64,000 nucleotides of DNA from Pirellulales bacterium (GTDB lineage: Bacteria > Planctomycetota > Planctomycetia > Pirellulales > S012-138). The notes below the pieces were generated by a model. It saw nothing but the letters and a program-made list of their open reading frames with translations. It had not been told where the DNA came from and did no database searches. The DNA lies in contig JALCBR010000001.1 in the NCBI GenBank assembly GCA_028066245.1, positions 24,184 to 88,183 of the forward strand, given 5' to 3'. Both the position numbers and the translations under genes were made by a program. Shown here one piece after another: positions 36,978 through 47,622 of this stretch (the first letter of the stretch is position 1; every line of letters begins with the position of its first letter).

Positions 36978-38285
36978 ATGTTGATTGTTCTCTCCATCGA
37001 TGGTCTTTCCGCGACGACATTGGGGTGCTATGGAAATGACTGGGTGGGTACGCCGGCAATTGACGCCCTGGCGGCAGAGAGCGTGCTCTTTGACTTCGCG
37101 CTAACTGATACACCGTCGCTCAAGGCCTTGCGCTCGTTCTGGAGCGGACGGTCTGCTGTTGATCGTCATCTGGCGGATGAACGCGCAGCAACAAGCTCAA
37201 GTGAAGCCGACGGTGGCTACTCGGCCTTACCTGTCACGCTCAAATCGCGCAGATGGGCCTCACTTCTATTCACGGATGATCGCTCGATCCTGCAGTTTCC
37301 GGAGGCGGCCGCGTTCGACGAGCAAGTCTCGATGAATGCGCCTGCCGTTCCTCAAACTGCCGGCGAAGCAGGCGCAACACACTTGGCCGCTTTTTTTGCC
37401 AACGCCGCCGAGACGATAGACAGCTTCAATGGCGAAACTGACGCGGAAAATGCCTGCATGTGGCTCCATGCAGGGTCTTTGGCGACTTGCTGGGATGCCC
37501 CGCTTGAATATCGCCATCGCTACCAGGAAGAAGGCGATCCCTCGCCGATGGAGCTTGCCGCACCGCCGCATCAGCGGATCGCCAGGGATCAGAGCATCGA
37601 TCCTGACGACCTGTTGGGATTGCGCCGAGCTTATGCCGGTCAAGTGGCTTTGCTGGATGAAATGCTGGAGACTTTCCTTAGCTTCCTGCATTCAACCGGA
37701 AAGCTCACCAATGCGCACTTTCTGCTCCTCGCGCCGCGAGGCTTTGGCCTCGGGGAACACCACCTGATTGGTTATCCGGGCGGCGAATTCGAACTGCATG
37801 AAGAGTATCTGCACGTACCATTTCTCTGGCGGTTTCCTGATGAGCTTGGTGGGGACGATCGTCATGCGGCCGAGCATGTTCAGGCACTTGTTCAGCCAGC
37901 CGATCTGACGGCTACAGTCGTGGATATATTGAAGATGGCAAGCGGGCAAGGGAATTCATGGCCGTATGACGCCGTGAGCTTAGCCAGGGCGATACGTGGA
38001 GAGGCAAGCGGGTGCCGACAGCTCGCCATGGCGATTTCTCCGGATAGGCAGCAGCGAGATTACGCCATTCGCTCCGCCGCCTGGCACCTCGTTCAACGCC
38101 AGTGCAATACCAGCGAGGAACCGTTGCTATTCGCCAAACCGGATGACATACGGGAAAAGAACAACGTAGCGGAATTGTGTCCACAAGTTGTAAGAACGCT
38201 GCAAGACCTCGCACGCCAGATTATTTCCGGTGGTGTTGTGGCAAGCCGACAGGCGTTGGATGAGGCACTGACTGAACCGCACTGA
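36978..38285 (+). CDS. sulfatase/alkaline-phosphatase-superfamily protein lacking the C/S-x-P-x-R nucleophile motif
   Basis: The N-terminus IVLSIDGLSATTLGCYGN..TPAIDALAAESVLF aligns by eye with the sulfatase N-terminal consensus. The expected CTPSR position reads DTPSL (nt 37107-37121). Confidence 0.65.
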   Translation: MLIVLSIDGLSATTLGCYGNDWVGTPAIDALAAESVLFDFALTDTPSLKALRSFWSGRSAVDRHLADERAATSSSEADGGYSALPVTLKSRRWASLLFTDDRSILQFPEAAAFDEQVSMNAPAVPQTAGEAGATHLAAFFANAAETIDSFNGETDAENACMWLHAGSLATCWDAPLEYRHRYQEEGDPSPMELAAPPHQRIARDQSIDPDDLLGLRRAYAGQVALLDEMLETFLSFLHSTGKLTNAHFLLLAPRGFGLGEHHLIGYPGGEFELHEEYLHVPFLWRFPDELGGDDRHAAEHVQALVQPADLTATVVDILKMASGQGNSWPYDAVSLARAIRGEASGCRQLAMAISPDRQQRDYAIRSAAWHLVQRQCNTSEEPLLFAKPDDIREKNNVAELCPQVVRTLQDLARQIISGGVVASRQALDEALTEPH

Positions 38286-38329
38286 GGATTGGCACAGTCC
38301 GTTTACCGGCGTCTACGCACACCCTGCTC

Positions 38330-38562
38330 TCATGCGTACGGGCGAAATTGTCATTGGTCAAGTTTTTCTCGCCCCCAGGGGCGTTGCGCAAATGCTTCAT
38401 GCCCAGCAATTAACCAGCAACGGGACCGCAAACATCACCGACAACCTTGACGTTACGTTCAGTAGCATGTTAACCGTCAACCTCCTATGGCGCTCGGCAG
38501 CGCGCAGGGAGGCCGAAAACATGCCAAAATTTGACCAATGTCAATTTCGCCCGTACGCGTGA
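38330..38562 (+). repeat. MITE-like element, copy A (233 bp, about 30-bp terminal inverted repeats)
   Basis: The ends are TCATGCGTACGGGCGAAATTGTCATTGGTCAA ... TTGACCAATGTCAATTTCGCCCGTACGCGTGA. The whole unit recurs inverted at 60017-60249. Weaker inverted similarity extends about 10 bp further on each side. Confidence 0.8.
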
Positions 38563-38638
38563 AGGCGTGGCGCATGAGCTCCACGGATGATGGACTTAGC
38601 AGCGTCCGTTCGGCAAGCGGAGCAACCGGAGGGATGCT

Positions 38639-41600
38639 CTAAACACCCGCTTCGGCAAATCGTTCCTGTAGCGCCAGCACGTTCAGCTCTTCTTCCTTGA
38701 GGGCTTCCATCGCCTTCACAGCTGCTTGAGCTGCCTGGATGGTGGTAATGCACGGCGTGCCGTAGATCACGCTGGCGGCGCGAATGCGACCTTCATCGGT
38801 CCGTGCCCCTTTTCCGCGAGGTGTGTTGATGATCAGGCCGATGCGACCATCAATCAGATGATCGATCAGGTTGGGATGCCCCTCTTGAATTTTCTTGACG
38901 GTTGCGACTTCGATGCCTGCTTCACGAAGAGTCTGTGCGGTGCCGGCGGTGGCGATCAACTCATAGCCCATCTTGGCCAGCCGGGTGGCCAGATCAACCG
39001 CGGGCGCCTTAGCGCGATCCGCCACAGAGATAAAGATCAGCCCTGATTCCGGCAGGAGAATGCCAGCCGCCAATTGGCATTTGGCAAAGGCCATCGAGAA
39101 CCGGTCGCTGATTCCCATCACTTCACCGGTGCTACGCATCTCAGGGCCTAGCACAATATCCACACCAGTGAACTTGTTGAAGGGGAAGACGCTTTCCTTG
39201 ATGGAGACATAGCCACTGACGGGTGCTTCCAGCGCTCCTAACTCCTCCAGCGATTTGCCGGTCATGACCTTGATGGCCACATTCGCGACGGACAAGCCGG
39301 TGGCCTTGGCCACAAACGGGACTGTACGGCTGGCCCGCGGATTGACTTCCAGCACATAGACCACGGGGCGACCATCTTCCTTCTTGACGGCGTACTGTAC
39401 GTTCATCAGCCCGTGAACATTGAGCGCGTGGGCCATTGCCACGGTCGCATCGCGGATCTCCTGCACAACAGGCCCTGGCAGGCTGTAAGGAGGGATGACA
39501 CAAGCTGAATCCCCGGAGTGTACGCCGGCTTCCTCGATATGCTCCATCACACCTGCGATGAGCGTGTTCTCGCCGTCGCAGATCGCGTCGACATCGACCT
39601 CCGTGGCGTCTTCCAGAAACCTGTCAATTAGCACGCCTTGTCCGTTGGCTGCCGCAAAAGCTTCTGCCACAAAGCCTTCCAGTTGGGCCCGATCATAGCA
39701 GATCTCCATCGCGCGTCCGCCTAGGACAAAGCTGGGACGGACCAGCGCAGGGAACCCAATCTTCTCTGCTTCCGCCACGGCTTGTGCTTTGGTTCGGGCG
39801 ATGCCGTTGGCTGGTTGTCGCAAGCCCAATCGCTTGAGTAACTGCTGAAACTTTTCCCGGTCCTCCGCGTCCTCGATCGTATCGACACTGGTGCCAATGA
39901 TCGGCACGCCGTGAGTTGCCAACGCCCGGGCGAGATTGAGTGGCGTCTGCCCGCCAAACTGGACGATCACCCCGTCAGGCTGGACGCGATCGCAAATGTT
40001 GAGCACATCTTCGGTCGTCAGCGGTTCAAAAAAGAGCAGGTCGCTGGTGTCATAATCTGTGCTCACTGTCTCCGGATTGGAGTTGACCATCACGCTCTCA
40101 ATGCCCAACTCCCGAAGGGCGAAACTGGCGTGGCAACAGCAATAGTCAAACTCAATGCCTTGCCCAATGCGGTTAGGCCCGCCGCCCAAGATGATGATTC
40201 GCTGACGCTCTGGATCCTTGACTGGCGTCTCGTCCTCGTCTTCATACGTGGAGTAGTAATACGGCGTGTAAGCTTCAAACTCGGCGGCGCACGTATCCAC
40301 AGACTTGAACGTGGCGACAACTCCCAGCGATTTTCGGTAGCTGCGAATCTCCGTTTCCGTGGCTTCCAACAGATGCGAGAGCTGCCGATCCGAGAAACCG
40401 AAACGTTTGGCTTTTCTCACCAAGTCCGCATCGACATGTTTGAGCCCGCCAAGGGCACGAAGTTCATCTTCCAGCTCAACGATCTCGCAGAGATTGTCCA
40501 GAAACCACGGATCAATGTGGGTCAGTTCAAAGATCTCCGCCTGACTCATGCCAGACTTAATGGCGTACCGCAGGTACCAGGGGCGTACCGGTCCGGGCGT
40601 CGCCAGCTTGGGACGAATCTCATCGAGAGTCGGCTGCTCTGGCGTACCCCACAGATCTTTCTCATCACAGCCAAAGCCGAATCTTCCGACCTCTAATCCG
40701 CGAAGCGCCTTTTGAAATGATTCCTTGAATGTACGACCAATCGCCATTGTTTCGCCGACGCTCTTCATCTGTGTCGTCAGCGTGGAATCGGCTTCCGGAA
40801 ACTTCTCAAACGCGAACCGCGGGATCTTGGTGACAACGTAGTCAATCGTGGGTTCGAAACAGGCCTTGGTCTCGCGCGTGATGTCATTGGGCAGTTCATG
40901 CAGCCGATACCCAACGGCGAGCTTGGCGGCGATCTTGGCGATGGGAAAGCCGGTTGCTTTGCTGGCCAATGCTGAAGACCGGCTCACACGGGGATTCATC
41001 TCAATCACGATCATCCGACCGGTGTCCGGATGGGTGGCGAACTGAATGTTGGATCCACCCGTCTCGACGCCAATCTCGCGAATGACCGCCAGCGAAGCGT
41101 CGCGCATTCTCTGGTATTCCTTGTCTGTCAGCGTTTGTGCCGGCGCCACCGTGATGGAATCGCCTGTGTGCACTCCCATTGGGTCGAAATTTTCGATGGA
41201 GCAGATGATCACGGCGTTGTCATCGGCGTCGCGCATAACCTCCATTTCATATTCTTTCCAACCGATGATCGATTCCTCGACCAGCACTTCCGTGATCGGC
41301 GATTGATCCAGCCCCCGCTGCACTAGGCTGTCAAACTCATCCCGGTTGTAGGCGATGGCCGAACCGCTTCCGCCCAGCGTGAAACTGGGACGAACCACGC
41401 AAGGCAGCCCGATCTCCTTCACAGCTTCACGAGCATCGGTCAGCGTGTTGACGATCTCGCCGCGACACACATCAAGGTGAATGTGCCGCATTGCTTCCTG
41501 AAATTTGCGGCGATCTTCGGCCTTATCAATGGCTGCCGGACAGGCGCCGATCATCTCGACACCATACTTCTCCAGCACGCCTTGGCGGTGTAAGTCCATC

Positions 41601-41896
41601 GCCAGGTTCAAGCCGGTTTGTCCACCCAAAGTTGGTAGCACCGCATCTGGACGTTCCCGCTCGATTACCTTTTCCACAAGCTGCCAGGTCAAAGGCTCAA
41701 TATATGTTCGATCCGCCATGCCAGGATCGGTCATGATCGTGGCTGGGTTGGAGTTGATCAGGACGACCTCATAACCTTCTTCGCGCAGAGCCTTGCAAGC
41801 CTGCGTGCCAGAATAGTCAAATTCGCAAGCTTGACCGATGACGATAGGTCCAGAGCCGATCAGCAGGATTTTGTGGATGTCTTCGCGGCGTGGCAC
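38639..41896 (-). CDS. carB: carbamoyl-phosphate synthase large subunit
   Basis: The canonical N-terminus is (V)[32 protein letters not shown], with two ATP-grasp halves and an MGS-like C-terminus. A GTG at 41896 fits the conserved N-terminus (the longest ORF runs to 41986). Confidence 0.95.
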   Translation of the reverse strand: MPRREDIHKILLIGSGPIVIGQACEFDYSGTQACKALREEGYEVVLINSNPATIMTDPGMADRTYIEPLTWQLVEKVIERERPDAVLPTLGGQTGLNLAMDLHRQGVLEKYGVEMIGACPAAIDKAEDRRKFQEAMRHIHLDVCRGEIVNTLTDAREAVKEIGLPCVVRPSFTLGGSGSAIAYNRDEFDSLVQRGLDQSPITEVLVEESIIGWKEYEMEVMRDADDNAVIICSIENFDPMGVHTGDSITVAPAQTLTDKEYQRMRDASLAVIREIGVETGGSNIQFATHPDTGRMIVIEMNPRVSRSSALASKATGFPIAKIAAKLAVGYRLHELPNDITRETKACFEPTIDYVVTKIPRFAFEKFPEADSTLTTQMKSVGETMAIGRTFKESFQKALRGLEVGRFGFGCDEKDLWGTPEQPTLDEIRPKLATPGPVRPWYLRYAIKSGMSQAEIFELTHIDPWFLDNLCEIVELEDELRALGGLKHVDADLVRKAKRFGFSDRQLSHLLEATETEIRSYRKSLGVVATFKSVDTCAAEFEAYTPYYYSTYEDEDETPVKDPERQRIIILGGGPNRIGQGIEFDYCCCHASFALRELGIESVMVNSNPETVSTDYDTSDLLFFEPLTTEDVLNICDRVQPDGVIVQFGGQTPLNLARALATHGVPIIGTSVDTIEDAEDREKFQQLLKRLGLRQPANGIARTKAQAVAEAEKIGFPALVRPSFVLGGRAMEICYDRAQLEGFVAEAFAAANGQGVLIDRFLEDATEVDVDAICDGENTLIAGVMEHIEEAGVHSGDSACVIPPYSLPGPVVQEIRDATVAMAHALNVHGLMNVQYAVKKEDGRPVVYVLEVNPRASRTVPFVAKATGLSVANVAIKVMTGKSLEELGALEAPVSGYVSIKESVFPFNKFTGVDIVLGPEMRSTGEVMGISDRFSMAFAKCQLAAGILLPESGLIFISVADRAKAPAVDLATRLAKMGYELIATAGTAQTLREAGIEVATVKKIQEGHPNLIDHLIDGRIGLIINTPRGKGARTDEGRIRAASVIYGTPCITTIQAAQAAVKAMEALKEEELNVLALQERFAEAGV

Positions 41897-42464
41897 GGTG
41901 AGAGAGTCCAGATAAAGTGACGTTTGAGTCCGCCGTCCAAAGCAGACTTCATTCCAATGCGCGCACCACCACCGGTGAGCTTCCAAGTGGCGACACGCGG
42001 CCAGCAGATGGCGTGGCAGGTAAAATCGCTTGAGAATACCGCGCGGCGTGGCCGGACATCAAGGATGCTGGGGAGTGAAGGCCGGCAACTCCGAAGAGGG
42101 GATCGAGAGAGAGTTTGCGGGCCGCTGAGCAAAAGGGCCTAAAAAGAACTTCGCCGGACGCGAATAGATAGCACACCGGCAACTTCGTTGGGCCAACGCA
42201 CGGCAACTCTCGCCACCCGCTCTACGACAATGGATGGGGCCATGCCTGGGCTTCCGACGCCTGACGCACAGAACTGAGTCCACCCGAAACCAGATAGGGT
42301 TTGCTCGGGAGCTTGCCCTCAGTATATTTCTTTGTCTGAGGCATGCGAAAAGGCGCCCTCACATGTGCGAGAAATTCGGACAACAGTCTGCCGCCACCCT
42401 CGTCAAGGCAAACTGGGGTGTCGGATCGGGGTCGTCCAATGCCAGCCTTGTCGTAAGTCCTTGT

Positions 42465-42538
42465 GCCAGCGTAGCTTCAATCGGCAGAGCACCGCATTCG
42501 TAATGCGGGGGTTGGGGGTTCGACTCCCCCCGCTGGCT
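42465..42538 (+). tRNA. tRNA-Thr (anticodon CGT)
   Basis: Acceptor stem is GCCAGCG/CGCTGGC. D arm is GCTT..GAGC. Anticodon stem is CCGCA/TGCGG with loop TTCGTAA. T arm is GGGGG-TTCGACT-CCCCC. CCA is not encoded. Confidence 0.85.
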
Positions 42539-42660
42539 CTAGTTATAAAGTCAGCCGAATTCAGTAGATAGAATACCTGTCGATGGTCGGCAGTGCGGCG
42601 TAATCCCGAGAGCCAAACAGGTACATACCGGTTTGGCGTTTCACGAAGGGAGAACCGCAC

Positions 42661-43468
42661 ATGCCGAAGCTTAAGAATCGCGTTCCCAAGTATTCCCGCC
42701 ACAAGGCCAGTGGCCAAGCTGTAGTCACGATCGCAGGCAAAGATATCTATCTAGGCCGCTACGGATCCGCGGCGTCGCGGCGCGAATACGATCGCCTGAT
42801 CGGTGAGTGGCTGCAGCGCGACCGAAGGCCGGTTTGCGAAACGCCAGCTGGCACTACCATCGTAGAAGTTGTAGCGGCGTACTGGCGCTACGTGCTGAAG
42901 ACGTACGATGCCAAGACTCAGGACTTGATCCGTCGCGCCCTGCGTTTTGTTAAGCGACTCTACGGTGACACACTCGCCGCGGACTTTGGCCCGCTGGCGC
43001 TCAAATCAGTGCGGCAGAAGATACTGGACGACGAAGCAAACTATGCCCGCAGCTACGTGAATCAGCACGTTGCGCGGATTAAACGGTGTTTTAAGTGGGC
43101 CGCAGCCGAGGAACTTGTCCCGCCATCGGTGCCGCAAGCTTTGGCGATGGTTGCCGGATTGCGCAAAGGGAAGACGACGGCGCGCGAGAATGCGCCCGTA
43201 TTGCCGGTTGACGATGCGATTGTCGATCAGACGTTGGCCAAACTTCCGCAGGTTGTGGCTGACATGGTCCGGCTGCAACGGTACACCGGAATGCGGCCCG
43301 CAGAAGCCTGTCAGGTGCGCCCATGTGACATCGATCGATCAAATGACGATGTATGGGTTTACACGCCTGCAACGCACAAGACGGAATACCGCGACCGGCA
43401 ACGAGAAGTCTACGTCGGGCCACAAGCCCAAGGCATCTTATTGCGATATTTGGCGCGCGATGCCAAGG
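42661..43468 (+). pseudogene. tyrosine recombinase (phage-type integrase), 3'-truncated by IS insertion
   Basis: It starts 122 nt after tRNA-Thr. An N-terminal core-binding region and the first catalytic Arg box (LQRYTGMRPAEA) are present. The H-x-x-R and Tyr boxes are absent. The ORF reads into the IS left end at 43469. Confidence 0.75.
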
Positions 43469-44125
43469 TGACCTGCTCCCCGATTCTTGGTTCACCCAAG
43501 ATGCGAAAAATCACGTAAGTTGGTTTCTTGCCAAGGGAGTTTGGATCATGAAGCGGAAGCGATTTTCGGAGGAGCAGATTGCGTTTGCTCTTCGTCAACA
43601 TGAGTCGGGAACACCGGTGGCGGAGATCGTGCGTAAGCTCGGTGTCACCGAGCAGTGTCTTTCTATCGATGAAAGAAGAAATACGCCGGTCTGGGCGCCG
43701 CGGAGGTGCGGCAGTTGAAACAACTCCAGGACGAGAACAAGAAGCTCAAGCAACTGGTGGCCGACCTGGCGCTCGATAAGCAGATCCTGCAGGATGTGCT
43801 CTCAAAAAAGCTCTGAGGCCTGCGAAGCAGCGGACTCTTGTCGTTGGGCGACGCACAACGACTCCTTGACGCTTGGAGAACAGATTACAACGAGATGAGA
43901 CCACACAGCTCGTTAGACAATCAAACGCCGTCGCAATTCGCGCGGTGCAACCGCCTCGGCTCCAGCTCGACAAAAGGGGGCCGCCCCATTCCGTCTTCCG
44001 CTGTCGCTCGGCCTCATGGCGGGGTGCAGGCCGAGGCGACAGCGAAGGCGAAAGGGGCTCGGAAAGAGCCCTGACAAAAGAGAAAAATCACATTCCAAGT
44101 GGACCGAACTTGGGGGCAAACGTCA
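43469..44125 (+). mobile_element. internally deleted IS3-family (IS407-group-like) insertion sequence
   Basis: The left IR is TGACCTGCTCCCC.. The orfA (ATG 43548, MKRKRFSEEQIAFALRQHESGTPVAEIVRKLGVTEQ..) is frameshifted before ..KKKYAGLGAAEVRQLKQLQDENKKLKQLVADLALDKQIL... Only the orfB tail remains (..LLDAWRTDYNEMRPHSSLDNQTPSQFA). A candidate imperfect right IR ends near 44125. Confidence 0.75.
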
Positions 44126-44147
44126 AGACAACGGTTTTCAATGACCG

Positions 44148-45320
44148 TCAAACCAACTCGCGAGCTCGGGCGTCGATTGTGTTGTCCAGAACGCGATGTG
44201 CCGTGGGAGTGTTGTGCTTTCGCTGTCGCCGGGCTTCCCAGAGTCGCTTCAACCGCGCGAGCTGCGAACGAGGGGCGAAAAGCGGATAGTGGCTGTAGGA
44301 GTAGGCGAAGATCCGTGACGTGATCCAGTTTCGCTTGCAGTGCAGGAAGTCCGCGCCCAGATCAAGAGTGTGATCGCCATGTTGATAGGCGGTTCGGATT
44401 GAACGGCAGATCAACGTGGTCCCCGTGCCATCGCGGCTGACATTGGCGTCAAACCCTGTCCGCAGTCCTGTAACCATTCCACGATAATGGTAATTATAAG
44501 CAAAGGCAGCCGGACAGCCATTGAGATACAAGAGATGCAAGTCCAATCCGCCGGCGTCCACTGCGGTTGAATGCATGTCACGTAGGAACGCTCGAACTTC
44601 TGTGTGCGAGATGGTGGTACCCGTCTGCGAGTTGCCCTGCCAGCTGGCTTGCGCAATGTGTTCGCAGGCGTCATAGAGATCCCAACGCGGATCGGCATCG
44701 CCGGAAGCCGCGCCGCGCGGCCGGTAGTGCACGTAGGCGACTTCGCCAGCCTCAGCGAGTTTGCGTTCGTTGCGGCGCACATTGTTGCGCCATTTGCTGG
44801 AGCGGCTCGCCCAGTAGTCTTCCCAAGTCGCCTGGAGTTCAACTACGGCGGAAGGCGCGTCCTTGCGTTCGTTGGCTTGAAAACCGGCCGCTTGCATTGC
44901 CCTGGGAGTGCGTCCCCGGTCGAACCTTCGGCTGGGCACCCAGTGCAAATTGATCACGTCAAAATCACGTCGCATGCTGGCGATGTGTTGCATACCGGCG
45001 TGCAAAATCACCGTTTGATCTCGGCCGATGGGTGAATAGAAATTGCCCCAGTCATCGAGCGGATACGTCAACGTTTTGAATGTTCCCAGCCGATTGCGTT
45101 CTGACTTCAGCACCAAAGGCAGAATGCCAATGATGTCTCGCTCATGACGGGCGACGAGAATCCGCGGCTCATTGGCCTGTCCGTAGTGCTGGGCGTAAGT
45201 TCGCAGCCAATCCCAAGTGTGGAAGAATGACGCGCCGCGCGTATCGGCCAACAGCAGGCTCCACGGCAGGCGCAAGGCGTCCAGGTCATTCCAGTCGTTG
45301 ATTTCCTGGATCTGAATCAT
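44148..45320 (-). CDS. GNAT-fold acetyltransferase of the CelD/BioF2-like (Acetyltransf_6) type
   Basis: The N-terminal pattern WDALRLPWSLLLADTRGASFFHTWDWLRTY.. and the overall 390-aa length are typical of this family. The call is by eye only. Confidence 0.6.
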   Translation of the reverse strand: MIQIQEINDWNDLDALRLPWSLLLADTRGASFFHTWDWLRTYAQHYGQANEPRILVARHERDIIGILPLVLKSERNRLGTFKTLTYPLDDWGNFYSPIGRDQTVILHAGMQHIASMRRDFDVINLHWVPSRRFDRGRTPRAMQAAGFQANERKDAPSAVVELQATWEDYWASRSSKWRNNVRRNERKLAEAGEVAYVHYRPRGAASGDADPRWDLYDACEHIAQASWQGNSQTGTTISHTEVRAFLRDMHSTAVDAGGLDLHLLYLNGCPAAFAYNYHYRGMVTGLRTGFDANVSRDGTGTTLICRSIRTAYQHGDHTLDLGADFLHCKRNWITSRIFAYSYSHYPLFAPRSQLARLKRLWEARRQRKHNTPTAHRVLDNTIDARARELV

Positions 45321-45823
45321 GCGACAAAGGGAGTCAGCGGGAATTGCTACCTAATATCGTACTCTTAGGCAATCGAATTCCGTGCCTGACGATTGCCGCA
45401 AACGACAGGTTTGAGGAACTGGCGAACGTAGCAGATCGTCCCATCGGACTAACTCCTCCCAGCCGCATATGTGAAGTTCCCCCACCGACAAGGGGTTTCG
45501 CCATCTATCAACAGCCAGCCGCAATTGGAGGTCGAAATCATCAAGCCAAAAAAAACGATTTCGCTAAGATTTGAGGAGACAGAGGGACGTCGCTAAACGA
45601 TCTGTGATTTGGGGTAGTCTCTACGAATCGCGTGCCAGCTAGGCTTGGGTCTGATAAACTCTTTCCACATAGAGACTTGAGGGGATTTGTCGCAATCGAG
45701 ATTGCCCTCGAAACTTGGCCGCCAAGGCTGGGGTTGAATCTCACAAGTCAAGAAAAATGAAAGCGTGAATCGAATCCATCGTTGGATTTGGGCAAAAACG
45801 AGAATTCGCCCCTTCACTCCGGA

Positions 45824-47536
45824 ATGAAAGTGAGCCTTATGTTCCGTTCCTTTCGAATTCTGGTCTTCGTTTCGATCTTTGCTGCCGCGAGTTGCGGCTT
45901 GGGTCTTTCCTGGAACGGGACGTTGGCAGATTCGCCCGATGCGAGTGCTCGACCAAGCCTCGAAGTGGCGTCAAACACAGCGCCCAGCACATCGGTCAAG
46001 CCGGCTGACGCAGCGCGGGTGGTTGATAACTACCTCCGTAAAGAAGCATTGGTTGACGCGGATGAAGCAGCCCGAACAGATGACGCTACGTTCCTGAGAC
46101 GGGTCAAACTGGACTTGGTTGGCGAGTCGCCCACGCCGGATGAGGTGATGGATTTCGTTCTCGATACTGATCCTGGTAAGCGAAAAGATGCCATCCAGGA
46201 CTTACTGTCCAGTGCGAAATTTGGTCAGAACTGGGCCCGGTATTGGCGCGACGTGATCATGTATCGCCAAAGTGACCCACGGGGAACTGTGGCCGCTCCG
46301 TCTCTGTTGCGCTACCTGGAAGACAAGTTCAACGCTGGAACGAGTTGGAAGGAGATCGCGACGGAGTTCATCACGGCTGAAGGAGACGTGCGCGAGAACG
46401 GCAACACCGCCATTTACATGGCCCACTTTGGCAACGGAGAAGAGGTCGCCGCGGAGTTCTCCCGTCTTTTCTTGGGCATCCAGATCCAATGTGCTCAATG
46501 CCATGATCACCCCACGGACCGCTGGAAGCGCGAGCAGTTCCACGAGCTAGCCGCGTTTCTGCCGCGTGTTCAGGTTCGCGCTGTGCAAAACGACGAGGGG
46601 CCGCGCAGCTTCCAGGTGATCTCCCGAGAAAACAACGCACGCCGACGGAGGGCCCAGGCGAATCGCCGTCGTCCCACCGGTCGTGAACATTACATGTCCG
46701 ACCTTGAAGATCCGTCTTCGCGCGGCACCTTGACGCATCCGAAGTTCTTTGTGAGCAATAGGTCGATCCCAAAGGGTGAAACAGACAAGCGCCGCCGTAA
46801 CTCGCTAGCGGTGATGATCACTGCCCAATCCAATCCCTGGTTCGCCAAGGCGTTCGTAAACCGTATTTGGGCGGAAATGGTGGGTGAAGGCTTCTACGAA
46901 CCCATCGATGACTTGGGTCCGGACCGGCAATGCTCCGCGCCGGAGACCATGGACTATCTGTCCGAACAGTTCATCGCGGCTGACTACGACGTGAAATGGT
47001 TGTACGAGACCATTGCCAACACGGATGCCTACCAGCGGGCTAGCCGTGAGCGGCGCAGATATACCGAAGCTGCGTTCGCTGCGAATTGCGCCCAACGCCT
47101 GCGTGGCGATCAGCTCTACGACGTGCTCACGGATGTGTTGGCATTGAACACCAGCAATCGGCGAGCTGGCAATCCACGCGCGCGGCGAAACGCACGCAAC
47201 GCTTTCACCGCGGTTTTTGGCTATGATCCAAGTATGCCGCGTGACGAGCTTACCGGCAGTATCCCGCAGGCGCTGTATATGATGAACGCGTCAACGGTTA
47301 CGCAGAACGTGCGTGGCAACCGTGCTGATTCAGCCCTGGCAAAGATCCTCCAGGAGTTTCCCGAGAATGATGATGCCGTCACGGAGTTATACTTGCGCTG
47401 CCTGGCGCGAGTTCCCTCCAAAGATGAGGCGCAAACTTGTCGTGACTATTTGGCCGGAATCAGCAATCGCCGGGAAGGAATGGAAGACATCTTCTGGGTG
47501 TTAGTCAACACGGCCGAGTTTCTCCACCGTCGCTAG
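45824..47536 (+). CDS. DUF1549 + DUF1553 domain protein (planctomycete PSD-type)
   Basis: DUF1549 pattern is RRVKLDLVGESPTPDEVMDFV..LLSSAKFGQNWARYWRD. DUF1553 pattern is IQCAQCHDHPTDRWKREQFHELAAF. A signal-like N-terminus follows the ATG at 45824/45839. Confidence 0.85.
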   Translation: MKVSLMFRSFRILVFVSIFAAASCGLGLSWNGTLADSPDASARPSLEVASNTAPSTSVKPADAARVVDNYLRKEALVDADEAARTDDATFLRRVKLDLVGESPTPDEVMDFVLDTDPGKRKDAIQDLLSSAKFGQNWARYWRDVIMYRQSDPRGTVAAPSLLRYLEDKFNAGTSWKEIATEFITAEGDVRENGNTAIYMAHFGNGEEVAAEFSRLFLGIQIQCAQCHDHPTDRWKREQFHELAAFLPRVQVRAVQNDEGPRSFQVISRENNARRRRAQANRRRPTGREHYMSDLEDPSSRGTLTHPKFFVSNRSIPKGETDKRRRNSLAVMITAQSNPWFAKAFVNRIWAEMVGEGFYEPIDDLGPDRQCSAPETMDYLSEQFIAADYDVKWLYETIANTDAYQRASRERRRYTEAAFAANCAQRLRGDQLYDVLTDVLALNTSNRRAGNPRARRNARNAFTAVFGYDPSMPRDELTGSIPQALYMMNASTVTQNVRGNRADSALAKILQEFPENDDAVTELYLRCLARVPSKDEAQTCRDYLAGISNRREGMEDIFWVLVNTAEFLHRR

Positions 47537-47622
47537 GTGGCGTGTTGTTGAACAGTCTCGTTCCAGGCAAGCGTCGCTCGCGGCACACGCCCCAAGACAT
47601 TTTCACCGCTCGTCGATGTCCA

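Noticed and set aside
38332-38562. A 76-aa ORF, with a homologous 88-aa ORF at 60017..60283 (-), that look like a conserved small protein.
   Set aside because: Both lie entirely inside the two MITE copies. Their similarity is explained by nucleotide identity of the repeat. Codon differences are mostly non-synonymous. The stop codon is part of the terminal inverted repeat, and there is no RBS.
39911-40696. A 261-aa plus-strand ORF.
   Set aside because: It is antisense to carB.
1140-44125. The idea that the two IS3 ends (or the two MITE copies at 38.3 and 60.0 kb) delimit a composite transposon.
   Set aside because: Both IS copies are defective fragments presenting the same (left) end in the same orientation. 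The intervening DNA is core housekeeping (suf, carB, transporters). MITEs lack a transposase. No matching outer inverted ends or target duplications were seen.
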